From Mycoplasmatota bacterium (GTDB taxonomy: Bacteria > Bacillota_I > Bacilli_A > RF39 > UBA660), in assembly GCA_022763805.1 (NCBI GenBank), contig JALERC010000079.1:12620-76619 (forward strand): a stretch of 64,000 nucleotides of DNA, in the 5' to 3' direction. The translations under genes and the position numbers were made by a program. Below the pieces are notes generated by a model. It was not told the origin of the DNA, did not search any database, and worked only from the letters and a program-made list of their open reading frames with translations. Position 1 is the first letter of the stretch, and the number at the start of each line of letters is the position of its first letter. This document shows, in pieces, positions 51,775 through 61,924 of the stretch.

Positions 51775-52326
51775 TTAATTATATTTATTCATTAAATTTT
51801 CAAATGTTAAATATGGAAAATCATTTATAATATTTGAAATGGTATTAATAGAATTATCAATAATTTTTTTATCTTCCGAATTAAATCTTCCTAATACATA
51901 ATCTTTTGTATCTATATTCTTATTATTTGATATTCCTACTTTGACTCTCTTATAATTCTTTGTTTTTAAACAATTTTCAATATCCTTAAGACCATTGTGT
52001 CCGCCACTTCCACCTGACATCCTTAATTTGATTTTTCCTACTGGAAGATCTAAATCATCATGAATAATTAAAATATCATTAATATCTATTTTAAAATAAT
52101 TAACAAATTTATTAATTACTTGTCCTGATAAATTAATATAGTTTTGTGGTTTTAAAATAATTATTTTTTCATTATTTATATTATATTCATAATACTTACC
52201 ATTAAATTTTTCTTTCTCTGTCAAATTCTTTTCATGAATAATTTTATCAACTGACATAAAACCAATGTTATGTCGTGTATTTTCATATTCTTTTCCAGGA
52301 TTTCCCAATCCTACTATAAGTTTCAT
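51775..52326 (-). CDS. pth: Peptidyl-tRNA hydrolase
   Basis: MKLIVGLGNPGKEYENTRHNIGF. The first ORF-track codon is a TTG; the ATG at 52326 was chosen. Confidence 0.9.
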   Translation of the reverse strand: MKLIVGLGNPGKEYENTRHNIGFMSVDKIIHEKNLTEKEKFNGKYYEYNINNEKIIILKPQNYINLSGQVINKFVNYFKIDINDILIIHDDLDLPVGKIKLRMSGGSGGHNGLKDIENCLKTKNYKRVKVGISNNKNIDTKDYVLGRFNSEDKKIIDNSINTISNIINDFPYLTFENLMNKYN

Positions 52327-52334
52327 CAAATCAC

Positions 52335-53168
52335 CTACCTATGAAATTTATTATATATTTCACTTTTTGGAACATTTCTTAATTTTGCCACTTTTTTAAT
52401 AGCTTCCATTTGTGATAATCCATCATCTATAAACATATTAACATGTTCAATAACATCAATATCATCAAAGTTTTCTAATTCATGATTACCTTCAACAACA
52501 ACCACTATTTCCCCTTTGATATTTTCTATTTCATTTAATACTTCGGATATTTTACCTCTGTATATTTCTTCATATTTTTTACTTATTTCTCGAGATATAG
52601 ATATATTTCTATCTCCAAATATTTCTTTCATATTATTAACCATATCTACAATTCTATGAGGTGCTTCATAAAAAATTAGTGTATGTTTGACATTTTTTAA
52701 TTGTTCTAGTTCTTTTTTTCTTTTTGATTCTTTGCTATTTAAAAACCCATAAAAAGTAAATGGCATAGGATTTATTCCTGATGATATTAAAGCAGGAATT
52801 AATGCGGTAGCACCTGGTAAACCTACTACATTGTATCCTAGTTCTATAACATATTTAGCTATTTCGAATCCAGGATCACTTATTACAGGAGTACCTCTAT
52901 CACTTACCAATCCAATGTTCTTACCTTCTTCTAATAATTTTTTAACTAATTGTCTATTTTTCTCTTCATTATGTTCATGATTAGCAACCAATCTTTTTTT
53001 TATTCCAAAATGGTTTAATAGCAAACCAGTAACTCTTGTATCTTCAGATAATACTAATTCAACTTCTTTTAAAATGTTTAATGCTCTTACAGTAATATCA
53101 TCCATATTTCCAATTGGAGTAGGAATTAAATATAATGTTGGTGTATTATTATAACTTTTTTGTGACAT
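52335..53168 (-). CDS. rsmI: 16S rRNA (cytidine1402-2'-O)-methyltransferase RsmI
   Basis: Tetrapyrrole-methylase fold: LYLIPTPIGN...SDAGTP-like motifs. Confidence 0.85.
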   Translation of the reverse strand: MSQKSYNNTPTLYLIPTPIGNMDDITVRALNILKEVELVLSEDTRVTGLLLNHFGIKKRLVANHEHNEEKNRQLVKKLLEEGKNIGLVSDRGTPVISDPGFEIAKYVIELGYNVVGLPGATALIPALISSGINPMPFTFYGFLNSKESKRKKELEQLKNVKHTLIFYEAPHRIVDMVNNMKEIFGDRNISISREISKKYEEIYRGKISEVLNEIENIKGEIVVVVEGNHELENFDDIDVIEHVNMFIDDGLSQMEAIKKVAKLRNVPKSEIYNKFHR

Positions 53169-53173
53169 TTCGA

Positions 53174-53902
53174 TTACCTCTTTTCAAAAAATTGTTTAAC
53201 TTGTTCAGTATATTCACCATTTTGTTTGTGAGATATTAAAGGTGGCAATATTTTAACACCAGGATTACCATTTTTTGTTCCTTCAATTAATAATATATTA
53301 GCTTCACTATTTATACTAGGATATACAAATTGAATTCTTTTGGGCTCTATATTATTTTTTTTCATTTCAGAAACAATATCAGATAATCTTTCAGGTCTAT
53401 GTACTATAGCAATATTCCCTTTATTTTTCAATAGTTTTTTTGCAATTTTAAATAATTTTTCTAAATCAAGTTTAATTTCATGACGCGCTATTGTTTTATA
53501 CTCACTATCATTCAAATTAGAAGACTCATTTACTTTAAAATAAGGTGGATTACATGTTATAACATCAAATGTTTCAGTATCTATTTCTTTATATAATTCA
53601 TTGATATCAGCATTTATAAAATCAATTCTATTTTCTAATTTATTAATTTTAATTGACTCTTTTCCTAATTCATAAACATCTTTTTGAATTTCTACAGCCA
53701 TAATTTGTGCATCAGTTAAAGTTGATAAAATTAAAGGAATTGGAGCATTTCCCGAACCAATATCTAAAATTTTTTTGGTTTTTTTATTTATAGTAACAAA
53801 ATTTGGTAACAATACAGAATCAAGTGAAAAATTAAACATATCTGTATCTTGAATTATATACATATTATCATAATTTAATAAATAATTTTTAACTTTTGTC
53901 AT
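53174..53902 (-). CDS. N6-adenine-specific methyltransferase (YabB/TrmN6-like tRNA m6A methyltransferase)
   Basis: SAM motif DIGSGNAPIPL and NPPY catalytic motif. Confidence 0.7.
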   Translation of the reverse strand: MTKVKNYLLNYDNMYIIQDTDMFNFSLDSVLLPNFVTINKKTKKILDIGSGNAPIPLILSTLTDAQIMAVEIQKDVYELGKESIKINKLENRIDFINADINELYKEIDTETFDVITCNPPYFKVNESSNLNDSEYKTIARHEIKLDLEKLFKIAKKLLKNKGNIAIVHRPERLSDIVSEMKKNNIEPKRIQFVYPSINSEANILLIEGTKNGNPGVKILPPLISHKQNGEYTEQVKQFFEKR

Positions 53903-54689
53903 CTATATCACAACAACTTTTCTCTATATCTCCAACACCATTTATAAATACAATATATTTTTTTTCAAGAATATTTACACTAGTAACAATTCCTTCGCCC
54001 TCATCAATTTTAACTTTTTTACCAACAGTAGGAAGACATTTTTTACATTCTTTATAATTATCATCTTCAAATTTTAAACAACACAATAATCTTCCGCAAA
54101 CACCATTAATTTTATTAGGATTTAAAGCTAGATTTTGATTTTTAGCCATATTAATTGAAACACTATCAAAATCATTTAAAAATTTAGAACAACAAAAACA
54201 TCTGCCACAAGGTCCTATGCCCCCGACTTCTTTTGCTTTATCTCTAACTCCAATTTGTCTTAATTCAATTCTTGTTTTATATATAGAAGCAAGTTCTTTG
54301 GCAAGATTCCTAAAATCAACACGATTATCTGCTAAAAATCTAAAAACTAATTGATCTTTATCAAAAGTATAGTTTGCATCTATAATTTGCATTTTCAGAC
54401 CTTCTTTTTCGACCAATTCTCTACATTTTACTATTGCTTCTTTTGCTTCTTTAATATTTTTAATATTTTGATCATAGTCTTTTTTCGAAGCGATTCTCAT
54501 AACAGGTTTAATTTCTGAAGATATTTTTTTTTCATCAACTTCATAAATATCACTTACTGTTTTTCCAAATTGTAGACCTCTTTCAGTTTTTACAATTACT
54601 GTTATATTTTTTTTAAGTTCTAAATCGTTAATAGAAAACATATAAGGTTTCCCTTTTTCTTTAAATGCTACGTCTATAACCTTAATCAT
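53889..54689 (-). CDS. ricT: PSP1-domain protein RicT/YaaT
   Basis: PSP1 C-terminal domain with the conserved Cys cluster GPCGRCFCCS. Neighbour of holB as in Bacillus. Confidence 0.75.
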   Translation of the reverse strand: MIKVIDVAFKEKGKPYMFSINDLELKKNITVIVKTERGLQFGKTVSDIYEVDEKKISSEIKPVMRIASKKDYDQNIKNIKEAKEAIVKCRELVEKEGLKMQIIDANYTFDKDQLVFRFLADNRVDFRNLAKELASIYKTRIELRQIGVRDKAKEVGGIGPCGRCFCCSKFLNDFDSVSINMAKNQNLALNPNKINGVCGRLLCCLKFEDDNYKECKKCLPTVGKKVKIDEGEGIVTSVNILEKKYIVFINGVGDIEKSCCDIDDKS

Positions 54690-55589
54690 TTAGCACTCTC
54701 CCATCTTAAAAATCAAATTATCTAATACTAATCCTAAATTTAAATTTGCGTTCAATGAATTTTTGGAATCTAATATCAAATGCATTTTTTTACAAATATT
54801 TTCTGCAGTATTAATTTTAGCAATATTCTTTATTACATCTTGATATTTTGTCATATATTCTAATTCCATGTTATTTTTATATAATAATACTTCTCTATAA
54901 ACTAATAGCATAATTTCAAAAGCTCTATAATATTCACCTTTGTTAGTAAATAATGAAGTAAAATATTTATTTTCATATATTATTGCTTCATGTTTATATT
55001 TTTCTATACAAATACAAAATTTAACTAATGTATCAATTTGAGTATATATTTCTTCTATAGAATTATATGGAATACAGTTTAAAATATAGAAGTTTTCAAA
55101 AGTTTTCTCATATGTATTATTACTATTTAAAGGAATAACCTGACATCTTGATACTATAGTATCAAGTAATTGATGTTCGTTATCAACTACAAAAAATGCT
55201 ATCACACCTTCTTCTGGTTCCTCAATAAATTTAAGCATTATATTTGATAAGTTTTCACCTAATTTATTAGCTTCTTTAATAACATAAATTTTATATTTCC
55301 CATATAAAGGTTTTGTTTTAAATTCTTTTTGTAGCTCTAATATTTCATTTTTTTTAAATTGTAAGTCTAATGTTTGCATAAATTTAACGTCTGGATAATT
55401 ATTATTTTTTATAACTTCATATAATTCTGGTTTATCTAAAATATCTGCTAACATACAATATATAAAATCATTAGTATCTGCACATCTGTTTGATTCGATA
55501 ATATAAGCATGTGAAAGTTTATTATTATCGATTTCATTTTTAATTATTTGATAAGCTACTTTTTGTTTTTTTTCATGTTTTTCCAGCAT
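54690..55589 (-). CDS. holB: DNA polymerase III subunit delta'
   Basis: Clamp-loader fold without an intact P-loop, LSHAYII motif; position between ricT and recR. Confidence 0.6.
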   Translation of the reverse strand: MLEKHEKKQKVAYQIIKNEIDNNKLSHAYIIESNRCADTNDFIYCMLADILDKPELYEVIKNNNYPDVKFMQTLDLQFKKNEILELQKEFKTKPLYGKYKIYVIKEANKLGENLSNIMLKFIEEPEEGVIAFFVVDNEHQLLDTIVSRCQVIPLNSNNTYEKTFENFYILNCIPYNSIEEIYTQIDTLVKFCICIEKYKHEAIIYENKYFTSLFTNKGEYYRAFEIMLLVYREVLLYKNNMELEYMTKYQDVIKNIAKINTAENICKKMHLILDSKNSLNANLNLGLVLDNLIFKMGEC

Positions 55590-55689
55590 TTTAATTCCTC
55601 CTATAATAAAATTATTGATAAAATTATTAAAAATATAAATCCGTAAAATTTATAAACATATATTATTATAATACTAAAAACATTAATTG

Positions 55690-55729
55690 GTATATATAAA
55701 GTTAAAGGATACATTAAAAAATTGTATCC
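55690..55729 (-). terminator. Probable terminator of the dnaX-ybaB-recR operon (stem GGATACA/TGTATCC followed by a T-rich tract)
   Basis: 7-bp inverted repeat at 55707-55729. Confidence 0.45.
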
Positions 55730-55821
55730 GTAAATCAAAATAAAACATTTAACTATTTTTTTAATCACATTAATTATTTTATTAATAATATATCACCATT
55801 AAATATTAATAAAATTAATAA

Positions 55822-56427
55822 TTAATTATTCTTAGAAATTTTTTTTCTATCCTCAAGAGCCATTTCTAGAGTCATAGAATCGATATAATCCATATCTGTA
55901 CCCATTGGAACACCATGTGCTATTTTAGATATTATTATATCCTTTTCTTCTAACATTTTAGTAATGTATAAAGCTGTAGTTTCACCTTCTATACTCGGTT
56001 TAACTGCAATTATTATTTCTTTTATGTTGTCATTTTCAACTCTTTCAAACAAAGAATTTAAATTTATATCAGATGGATTAATACCATCTAATGGTGATAT
56101 TAGTCCGTTTAATACATGATATACTCCATTAAATGACTTTGTTTTTTCAAACATATTAATATTTTTAGGTTCTTCTACAACACAAATAATATCTTTTTCT
56201 CTACTATCATCTTTACAAATCACACATAAATCATCTTCAGTGTAATTATTGCATTTTTTACATCTCTTAATTTTATTTAAATTATTTAATGTTTGAGAAA
56301 ATTGATGAATAGTTTTCTCATCAAATTTCAATGTTGCTAATGCCATTCTTTCTGCTGTTTTTTCACCAATTCCTGGTAATCTTTTATAACATTCAATTAA
56401 ATCATTAATACTATTTGGATAATTCAT
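55822..56427 (-). CDS. recR: Recombination protein RecR
   Basis: HhH LPGIGEKTAERMA, C4 zinc finger CKKCNNYTEDDLCVIC, Toprim. Confidence 0.95.
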   Translation of the reverse strand: MNYPNSINDLIECYKRLPGIGEKTAERMALATLKFDEKTIHQFSQTLNNLNKIKRCKKCNNYTEDDLCVICKDDSREKDIICVVEEPKNINMFEKTKSFNGVYHVLNGLISPLDGINPSDINLNSLFERVENDNIKEIIIAVKPSIEGETTALYITKMLEEKDIIISKIAHGVPMGTDMDYIDSMTLEMALEDRKKISKNN

Positions 56428-56723
56428 TAAAATAATCCTGGCATTCCATGAGTAAATTTGCCCATTTTTTGTTCAGTAACTGCTTCTATTTGATCCATAG
56501 CATCATTTACACATACTAAAATTAGATCTTCTAACATTTCGATATCTTCACCATCTAAATTTTCTTTGTTAATTTTAACAGATTTTACCTCTCTGTCTCC
56601 AGATACTACTATTTCTACAAATTCTTTTTTACTTGTAAAAGTCATCTCATCAATTTGTTTTTTTGTATTCATCATATCTTTTTGTAATTTTTGTGCTTGT
56701 TTCATCATTGCTTGTATATTCAT
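56427..56723 (-). CDS. ybaB: Nucleoid-associated protein YbaB/EbfC
   Basis: Conserved ~100-aa YbaB sequence ending GMPGLF. Confidence 0.9.
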   Translation of the reverse strand: MNIQAMMKQAQKLQKDMMNTKKQIDEMTFTSKKEFVEIVVSGDREVKSVKINKENLDGEDIEMLEDLILVCVNDAMDQIEAVTEQKMGKFTHGMPGLF

Positions 56724-58594
56724 TTATTTTCCTCCTCATATTGAACAAGTGAACCATATAATTCATCTAAATCTTTTTTTTCATTATTTACTTTTTCAAG
56801 AAGACATTTACTTATTGATTCATCTTCTGTATTATATGAAAATTCTCTTGTTTTTTCATTAAATTCTTTTTTAATTATATTCCAATTTTCTTCATCAATA
56901 GATATAGCTTTTAATTTATGGCTAAACACTTTGCTAATTAATTCTTCTACTAAATCTAGTTTCCTATTAAAAATATCAGCTGTTAATTGTGAACTATACA
57001 TAAATACAACATATTCATTTGATATTGCTTTAAGTTGTCCATCCAAAATTAAATCAGCAGCAAAAGAATAATTAACACTAGACGAATATTTTTTAAAATC
57101 ATTCATTTTATCTTTAAAAGATAATAATATTTGTTTATTAAACTTGGATAATGTGTTATCAATCCTTATTTTTTGTAATCGACTAATTAATTCTTCAATA
57201 GATAATTTATCATATTCTTCACATGAATTTTCATTTTCTATATTATTATTTTCATCAAATTCCAATGTTTTTTCATTATTTATATTTTCATTTTCCATTT
57301 CAACATTTTGTAATTGATTATTTTCTTCTTTTTCATCTAAAAAATTGCTTTCTGATTCTACATCATATTCAATACTATTTTCTTTTGAATTATCAGTATT
57401 TTCCAAGCATTCATTTGCTATAGAAAGTTGATTATTATTTGATGTTGAAGATATTTCTTGAATAGTTGATACTTCTTTATTTATACAATTCATTTCTTTA
57501 ATTTCATCATCAATCATTTTTATTTCGTATTTTTCATTATCATAATTACAATATTTTAATATCAACAATTCAAAAGCTAATAGTGGATCACCACTATTTT
57601 TTATATTTTTTATACCATCATTCAATGTTTCTATTAAATAAATTATATCTTCAGTTTTTATATTTATAAATGATGAATAGTATTCTGAATCGTCAACAAG
57701 TTCTTTATTAACAGATATCAGTAATATATTTCTCAAATGTGATAATAATTCTTCAGTAATTTTAACAAAATTTTTACCATTATCATCAAATAAATTAATA
57801 TTATGCAAAATATATTTTAAATCTTTATTAAAAACTGCTATTAAAAAATTTATTAATGTTTGATAACCAATAATACCATTCACATCACAAATACTATTAT
57901 AATCAATATTACCATTAGTATAAGCATTAACTTGATCTAATAAACTAATACAATCTCTTAATCCACCATCTGATAATCTAACAATTTCTTTAATACATTT
58001 ATCATCTATTTTTATTCCTTCTTCGATAGTTATTTTCTTAACTCTATCAAACATTTTTTTATTTTCAATTTTTTTGAATTCAAATTTTTGACATCTAGAA
58101 ACGATAGTTGCCGGAATTTTATGAAATTCAGTTGTAGCCAATATAAATATTGCATGTGATGGAGGTTCTTCTAATGTTTTAAGGAGTGCGTTAAAAGCAC
58201 CAGTTGTAAGCATATGAACCTCATCTATTATATAAACCTTATATTTCCCAGTAGTTGGTACTAGTCCAACTTTATTTCTGATTTCTCTTATTTCATCAAT
58301 CCCATTATTAGATGCAGCATCAATTTCAATAATATCAGTGGATTGTTTATTATTGATTTGTGTACACGATACACATTTATCACATATAATACTATTTTCA
58401 TCTTCACAATTTATTGCTTTAGCTAATATTTTTGCTATAGATGTTTTACCTGTACCACGAGGACCGCTAAATATATATGCATGCGATAACTTGTTGTTCT
58501 TAATAGCATTAATTAATGTTTTAACTACGACATCTTGTCCTACTACATCATCAAATGTTGTTGGTCTATATTTTCTGTATAATGCTTGATACAT
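56720..58594 (-). CDS. dnaX: DNA polymerase III subunits gamma/tau (start at MYQALYRKYRP, with GAGGTGA SD)
   Basis: Walker A GPRGTGKTS, zinc module CxxC, SRC motif. Confidence 0.9.
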   Translation of the reverse strand: MYQALYRKYRPTTFDDVVGQDVVVKTLINAIKNNKLSHAYIFSGPRGTGKTSIAKILAKAINCEDENSIICDKCVSCTQINNKQSTDIIEIDAASNNGIDEIREIRNKVGLVPTTGKYKVYIIDEVHMLTTGAFNALLKTLEEPPSHAIFILATTEFHKIPATIVSRCQKFEFKKIENKKMFDRVKKITIEEGIKIDDKCIKEIVRLSDGGLRDCISLLDQVNAYTNGNIDYNSICDVNGIIGYQTLINFLIAVFNKDLKYILHNINLFDDNGKNFVKITEELLSHLRNILLISVNKELVDDSEYYSSFINIKTEDIIYLIETLNDGIKNIKNSGDPLLAFELLILKYCNYDNEKYEIKMIDDEIKEMNCINKEVSTIQEISSTSNNNQLSIANECLENTDNSKENSIEYDVESESNFLDEKEENNQLQNVEMENENINNEKTLEFDENNNIENENSCEEYDKLSIEELISRLQKIRIDNTLSKFNKQILLSFKDKMNDFKKYSSSVNYSFAADLILDGQLKAISNEYVVFMYSSQLTADIFNRKLDLVEELISKVFSHKLKAISIDEENWNIIKKEFNEKTREFSYNTEDESISKCLLEKVNNEKKDLDELYGSLVQYEEENK

Positions 58595-58661
58595 TTTCTC
58601 ACCTCTACCCATATGAATTATAACATAAAGAATATAAAAAAAAAAGAAGTTTAGACGTCTA

Positions 58662-59114
58662 TTACATTCTTTTATTTTTAAAAAAATCTTGTAAAATTTC
58701 TAAAGATTCTTCATTTTTCAAATTTATAACTTCACACATTTTATGTGTATTTTTTTCATTAAATAAAGTACCTATACTTTCAACATATCCAAATCTTTTT
58801 GATTCAATACCATAATATATTTTTTTAATTCTTGATTGTATTATTGCGCCACAACACATTAAACATGGTTCTAAAGTAACATACAATTCACATTCGTCTA
58901 AATGCCATGTTTTCATTTTTTTGCACGCTTTTTCGATAGCTATAATTTCTGCATGTTTTATAGAATTTTTTTTCTTTTCTTTCTCATTGTGTCCTCTAGA
59001 TATAATTTTACCATTTCTTACTATTATTGCCCCAACAGGAACATCATCTGATTTTAACGATTTTTTAGCTTCTTTTATCATTTCTTTAATATATTCTTCT
59101 TTCATACATATCAC
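58662..59114 (-). CDS. tadA: tRNA-specific adenosine deaminase
   Basis: HAEIIAI...PCLMCCGAI deaminase zinc motifs. Confidence 0.9.
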   Translation of the reverse strand: MICMKEEYIKEMIKEAKKSLKSDDVPVGAIIVRNGKIISRGHNEKEKKKNSIKHAEIIAIEKACKKMKTWHLDECELYVTLEPCLMCCGAIIQSRIKKIYYGIESKRFGYVESIGTLFNEKNTHKMCEVINLKNEESLEILQDFFKNKRM

Positions 59115-59117
59115 CTA

Positions 59118-59196
59118 TAAAAAAAGCGCACACACTTAGAGGATCTTAAGGCTGCTGAATTCCTTCTCTGACCTGGTTCAACCATAAATGTTGCGC
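59118..59196 (-). ncRNA. ffs: Signal recognition particle RNA, small (4.5S-type). Core: GCGCAACAUUUAUGGUUGAACCAGGUCAGAGAAGGAAUUCAGCAGCCUUAAGAUCCUCUAAGUGUGUGCGC + U-tract.
   Basis: Reverse complement contains the domain IV consensus ACCAGGUCAG...GGAA...CAGCAGCC. Terminal helix GCGCA/UGCGC. Promoter TTGATT-N17-TATATT at 59203-59231. Same tadA/dnaX neighbourhood as B. subtilis scr. Confidence 0.7.
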
Positions 59197-59344
59197 AATA
59201 TAAATATACTATATATTAATAAATTAATCAATACAAATCAGATAATTATAGACTATTTTTTAATATAAATTCTCTATATTTTTATTTCCTGAGAAATATA
59301 AAACATTTTTGAGTAAAATATATTTCCTGAGAAATATAAAATAC

Positions 59345-59362
59345 ATGTTTCACGTGAAACAT
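59345..59362. promoter_or_regulatory. parS site 1: perfect palindrome aTGTTTCACGTGAAACAt
   Basis: Matches the ParB/Spo0J parS consensus TGTTNCACGTGAAACA at 16/16. Confidence 0.85.
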
Positions 59363-59388
59363 ATATTTATTCGATAAACTATAAAAAA

Positions 59389-59410
59389 GAATGTTTCACG
59401 TGAAACATTC
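59389..59410. promoter_or_regulatory. parS site 2: perfect palindrome within GAATGTTTCACGTGAAACATTC. It also forms the hairpin of the gyrA terminator (followed by U6 on the minus strand).
   Basis: 16/16 match to parS; 22-bp perfect inverted repeat, then TTTTTT. Confidence 0.85.
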
Positions 59411-59421
59411 TTCTATATTAT

Positions 59422-61914
59422 TTATTCTTCAGTATTATTTTCTTTTGTAGCTTCGTTTGTTGATAAGTCCTCGTTTTGGATATTTTCTTCGATTTCTTCT
59501 TTTTCAATTGTCTCAACTGTGCTTACTTTTTGATCACCTTTAAGATTAATAAGTTTTACACCTTGAGCAACCCTACCGGTTGTTGAAATTTGTAGAGATG
59601 ACATTCTAATAATAATACCACTGTTTGTAACAATCATTACATCCTCTTCATTGTGAATTGTTTTGAATGCCACGATATTACCATTTTTTTCTGTGATATT
59701 TAATGCTTTAACACCTTTGCTACCACGATGTGTCATTCTATATTCTTCTAATTTAGTTTTCTTTCCATAACCTTTTTCAGTTACAACTAAAATTTCTTCT
59801 CCTGGTTCAGCTATTTCACATCCAACAGCTATTCCGTCACCTACATCAATTCCACGAACACCAGCTGCACTTCTACCCATAATACGAATTTCATTTTCAT
59901 TAAATCTAATCATTCTACCATTTGATGAAGCAATTAATATTTCATTATCGCCGTTTGTTTTTTGAACAGATAATAATTCATCTTCATCTTTTAATGTAAT
60001 TGCAATTTTACCATTAGATCTTATGTTTTCAAATTCTTTTATATCTGTTCTTTTTACCAAACCATTTTGTGTACAAAATACAATATTTCCATTATGTTCA
60101 TTATTTCCCACTTTTAACATTGCTTTAACAATTTCATCTTTTTCAATTGGTAGTAAATTAATAACAGGTATACCTTTAGATTGTCTATTAAATGATGGTA
60201 TTTCGTATCCTTTGATTCTATATACTTTACCTTTATTAGTAAAGAACATAATATAATCGTGCGTTGTCATAGAAATAATGTTTTCAACAAAGTCTTCTTC
60301 GTTTGTAGACATTCCTTTAACCCCTACACCACCTCTGTTTTGTGTTTTGTAAGTTTCACTAGTCATACGTTTAATATAACCTTTGTTTGTAATTGTAATT
60401 ACAACATCTTCAACAGGGATTAATGATTCGTCTTCAATATAATCTATAGCAGTCATATCTATTTTAGTTCTTCTTTCATCAGCAAATCTTTGTTTGATTT
60501 CTAATAATTCATTTTTAATAATTTCTAGAACTTTTTCTTCACTAGCTAAAATAGCTTTATAATTAGCAATTGCTTTCAATAAGTCTTCTAATTCAGATTC
60601 AATTTTGTTTCTTTCTAATCCTGTTAATCTTCTTAATTTCATCTCAAGAATAGCATCAGATTGAACTTCATCTAAATTAAATCTTTCTTTTAACTTAGTT
60701 TTAGCAACTTCGTCACTTTCTGATTCTTTAATTATTTTAATTACTGCATCTATATTATCTAGTGCAATTTTTAAACCTTCTAATATATGAACTCTTTTTT
60801 CAGCTTTATCAAGTTCAAATTTAGTTCTTCTAATAATTATTTCTTTTTGGTAATCAATATATTTTGAAATGATTTCTTTTAAATTTAAAGTCTTAGGTTG
60901 ACCTTGATCTAACATTAGAAAAATAATTCCAAATGTAGATTGTAATGAAGTGTGTTTATATAAATTGTTTAAGACCACATTAGCATTAGCTTCTTTTTTA
61001 AGAGTAACAACAATTTTTAAACCATTTTCAAGATTTGTTTCTTCATGATAATCTGCAATTCCTTCAATTACTTTATCTCTTACTAATTCCGCAATCTTTT
61101 GTTTTAAATCTGATGTGTTAACACCATAAGGTATTTCTGTAATAATAATTTTAGATTTAGTATTAGATTCTTCAATTTCAGCTTTTGCTCTTATAGTTAT
61201 ACTTCCTCTACCTGTCTCATAAGCCTTTTTAATACCACTATTTCCCAATATAGTAGCACCAGTCGGAAAGTCAGGACCTTTAATATATTCCATCATTTCA
61301 GATACTGTAATATCTTTATTATCAATATAAGCAACACAACCATCTATAACTTCTCCTAAATTATGTGGTGGAATATTTGTTGCCATACCAACAGCAATAC
61401 CCATAGTACCATTTACTAATATGTTAGGGAATCTACTAGGTAAAACTTCTGGTTCTTTTTCAGTTTCGTCAAAATTAGGTACAAAATTAACTGTATCTTT
61501 TCCAATGTCTCTAATTAATTCCAATGAAATTTTAGCAAGTTTAGATTCTGTATAACGCATAGCAGCAGCGCCGTCTCCGTCCATGTTACCAAAGTTACCA
61601 TGTCCATCAACAAGCATATATCTATAACTAAAGTCTTGTGCCATTCTTACCATTGCTTCATAAATTGAAGAATCACCATGTGGATGATATTTACCCATAA
61701 CATCCCCGACAATTCTAGCACATTTACGATATTGTTTATCTGGTGTATAACCAGAATTATACATTGAATATAGAATTCTTCTATGTACAGGCTTTAAACC
61801 ATCTCTTAAATCAGGTAATGCTCTTGCAACAATTACACTCATTGAATATTCAAGGAAGGAACTTTGTACTTCATCAACTATATTATTTTGTTCAATTCTA
61901 TCTGTTTTTTCCAT
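59422..61914 (-). CDS. gyrA: DNA gyrase subunit A
   Basis: Active-site region AAMRYTE; GyrA box; C-terminal beta-pinwheel repeats; acidic tail. Confidence 0.95.
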   Translation of the reverse strand: MEKTDRIEQNNIVDEVQSSFLEYSMSVIVARALPDLRDGLKPVHRRILYSMYNSGYTPDKQYRKCARIVGDVMGKYHPHGDSSIYEAMVRMAQDFSYRYMLVDGHGNFGNMDGDGAAAMRYTESKLAKISLELIRDIGKDTVNFVPNFDETEKEPEVLPSRFPNILVNGTMGIAVGMATNIPPHNLGEVIDGCVAYIDNKDITVSEMMEYIKGPDFPTGATILGNSGIKKAYETGRGSITIRAKAEIEESNTKSKIIITEIPYGVNTSDLKQKIAELVRDKVIEGIADYHEETNLENGLKIVVTLKKEANANVVLNNLYKHTSLQSTFGIIFLMLDQGQPKTLNLKEIISKYIDYQKEIIIRRTKFELDKAEKRVHILEGLKIALDNIDAVIKIIKESESDEVAKTKLKERFNLDEVQSDAILEMKLRRLTGLERNKIESELEDLLKAIANYKAILASEEKVLEIIKNELLEIKQRFADERRTKIDMTAIDYIEDESLIPVEDVVITITNKGYIKRMTSETYKTQNRGGVGVKGMSTNEEDFVENIISMTTHDYIMFFTNKGKVYRIKGYEIPSFNRQSKGIPVINLLPIEKDEIVKAMLKVGNNEHNGNIVFCTQNGLVKRTDIKEFENIRSNGKIAITLKDEDELLSVQKTNGDNEILIASSNGRMIRFNENEIRIMGRSAAGVRGIDVGDGIAVGCEIAEPGEEILVVTEKGYGKKTKLEEYRMTHRGSKGVKALNITEKNGNIVAFKTIHNEEDVMIVTNSGIIIRMSSLQISTTGRVAQGVKLINLKGDQKVSTVETIEKEEIEENIQNEDLSTNEATKENNTEE

Positions 61915-61924
61915 AATAACCCTC

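Noticed and set aside
59345-59410. Interpretation of the TTTCACGTGAAA palindromes as a Rex, Fur-family or other metabolic operator
   Set aside because: Half-site orientation and the 16/16 match fit parS (TGTTNCACGTGAAACA), not Rex (TTGTGAA-N6-TTCACAA) or Fur/PerR boxes. The sites lie downstream of gyrA, not in front of a regulated promoter.
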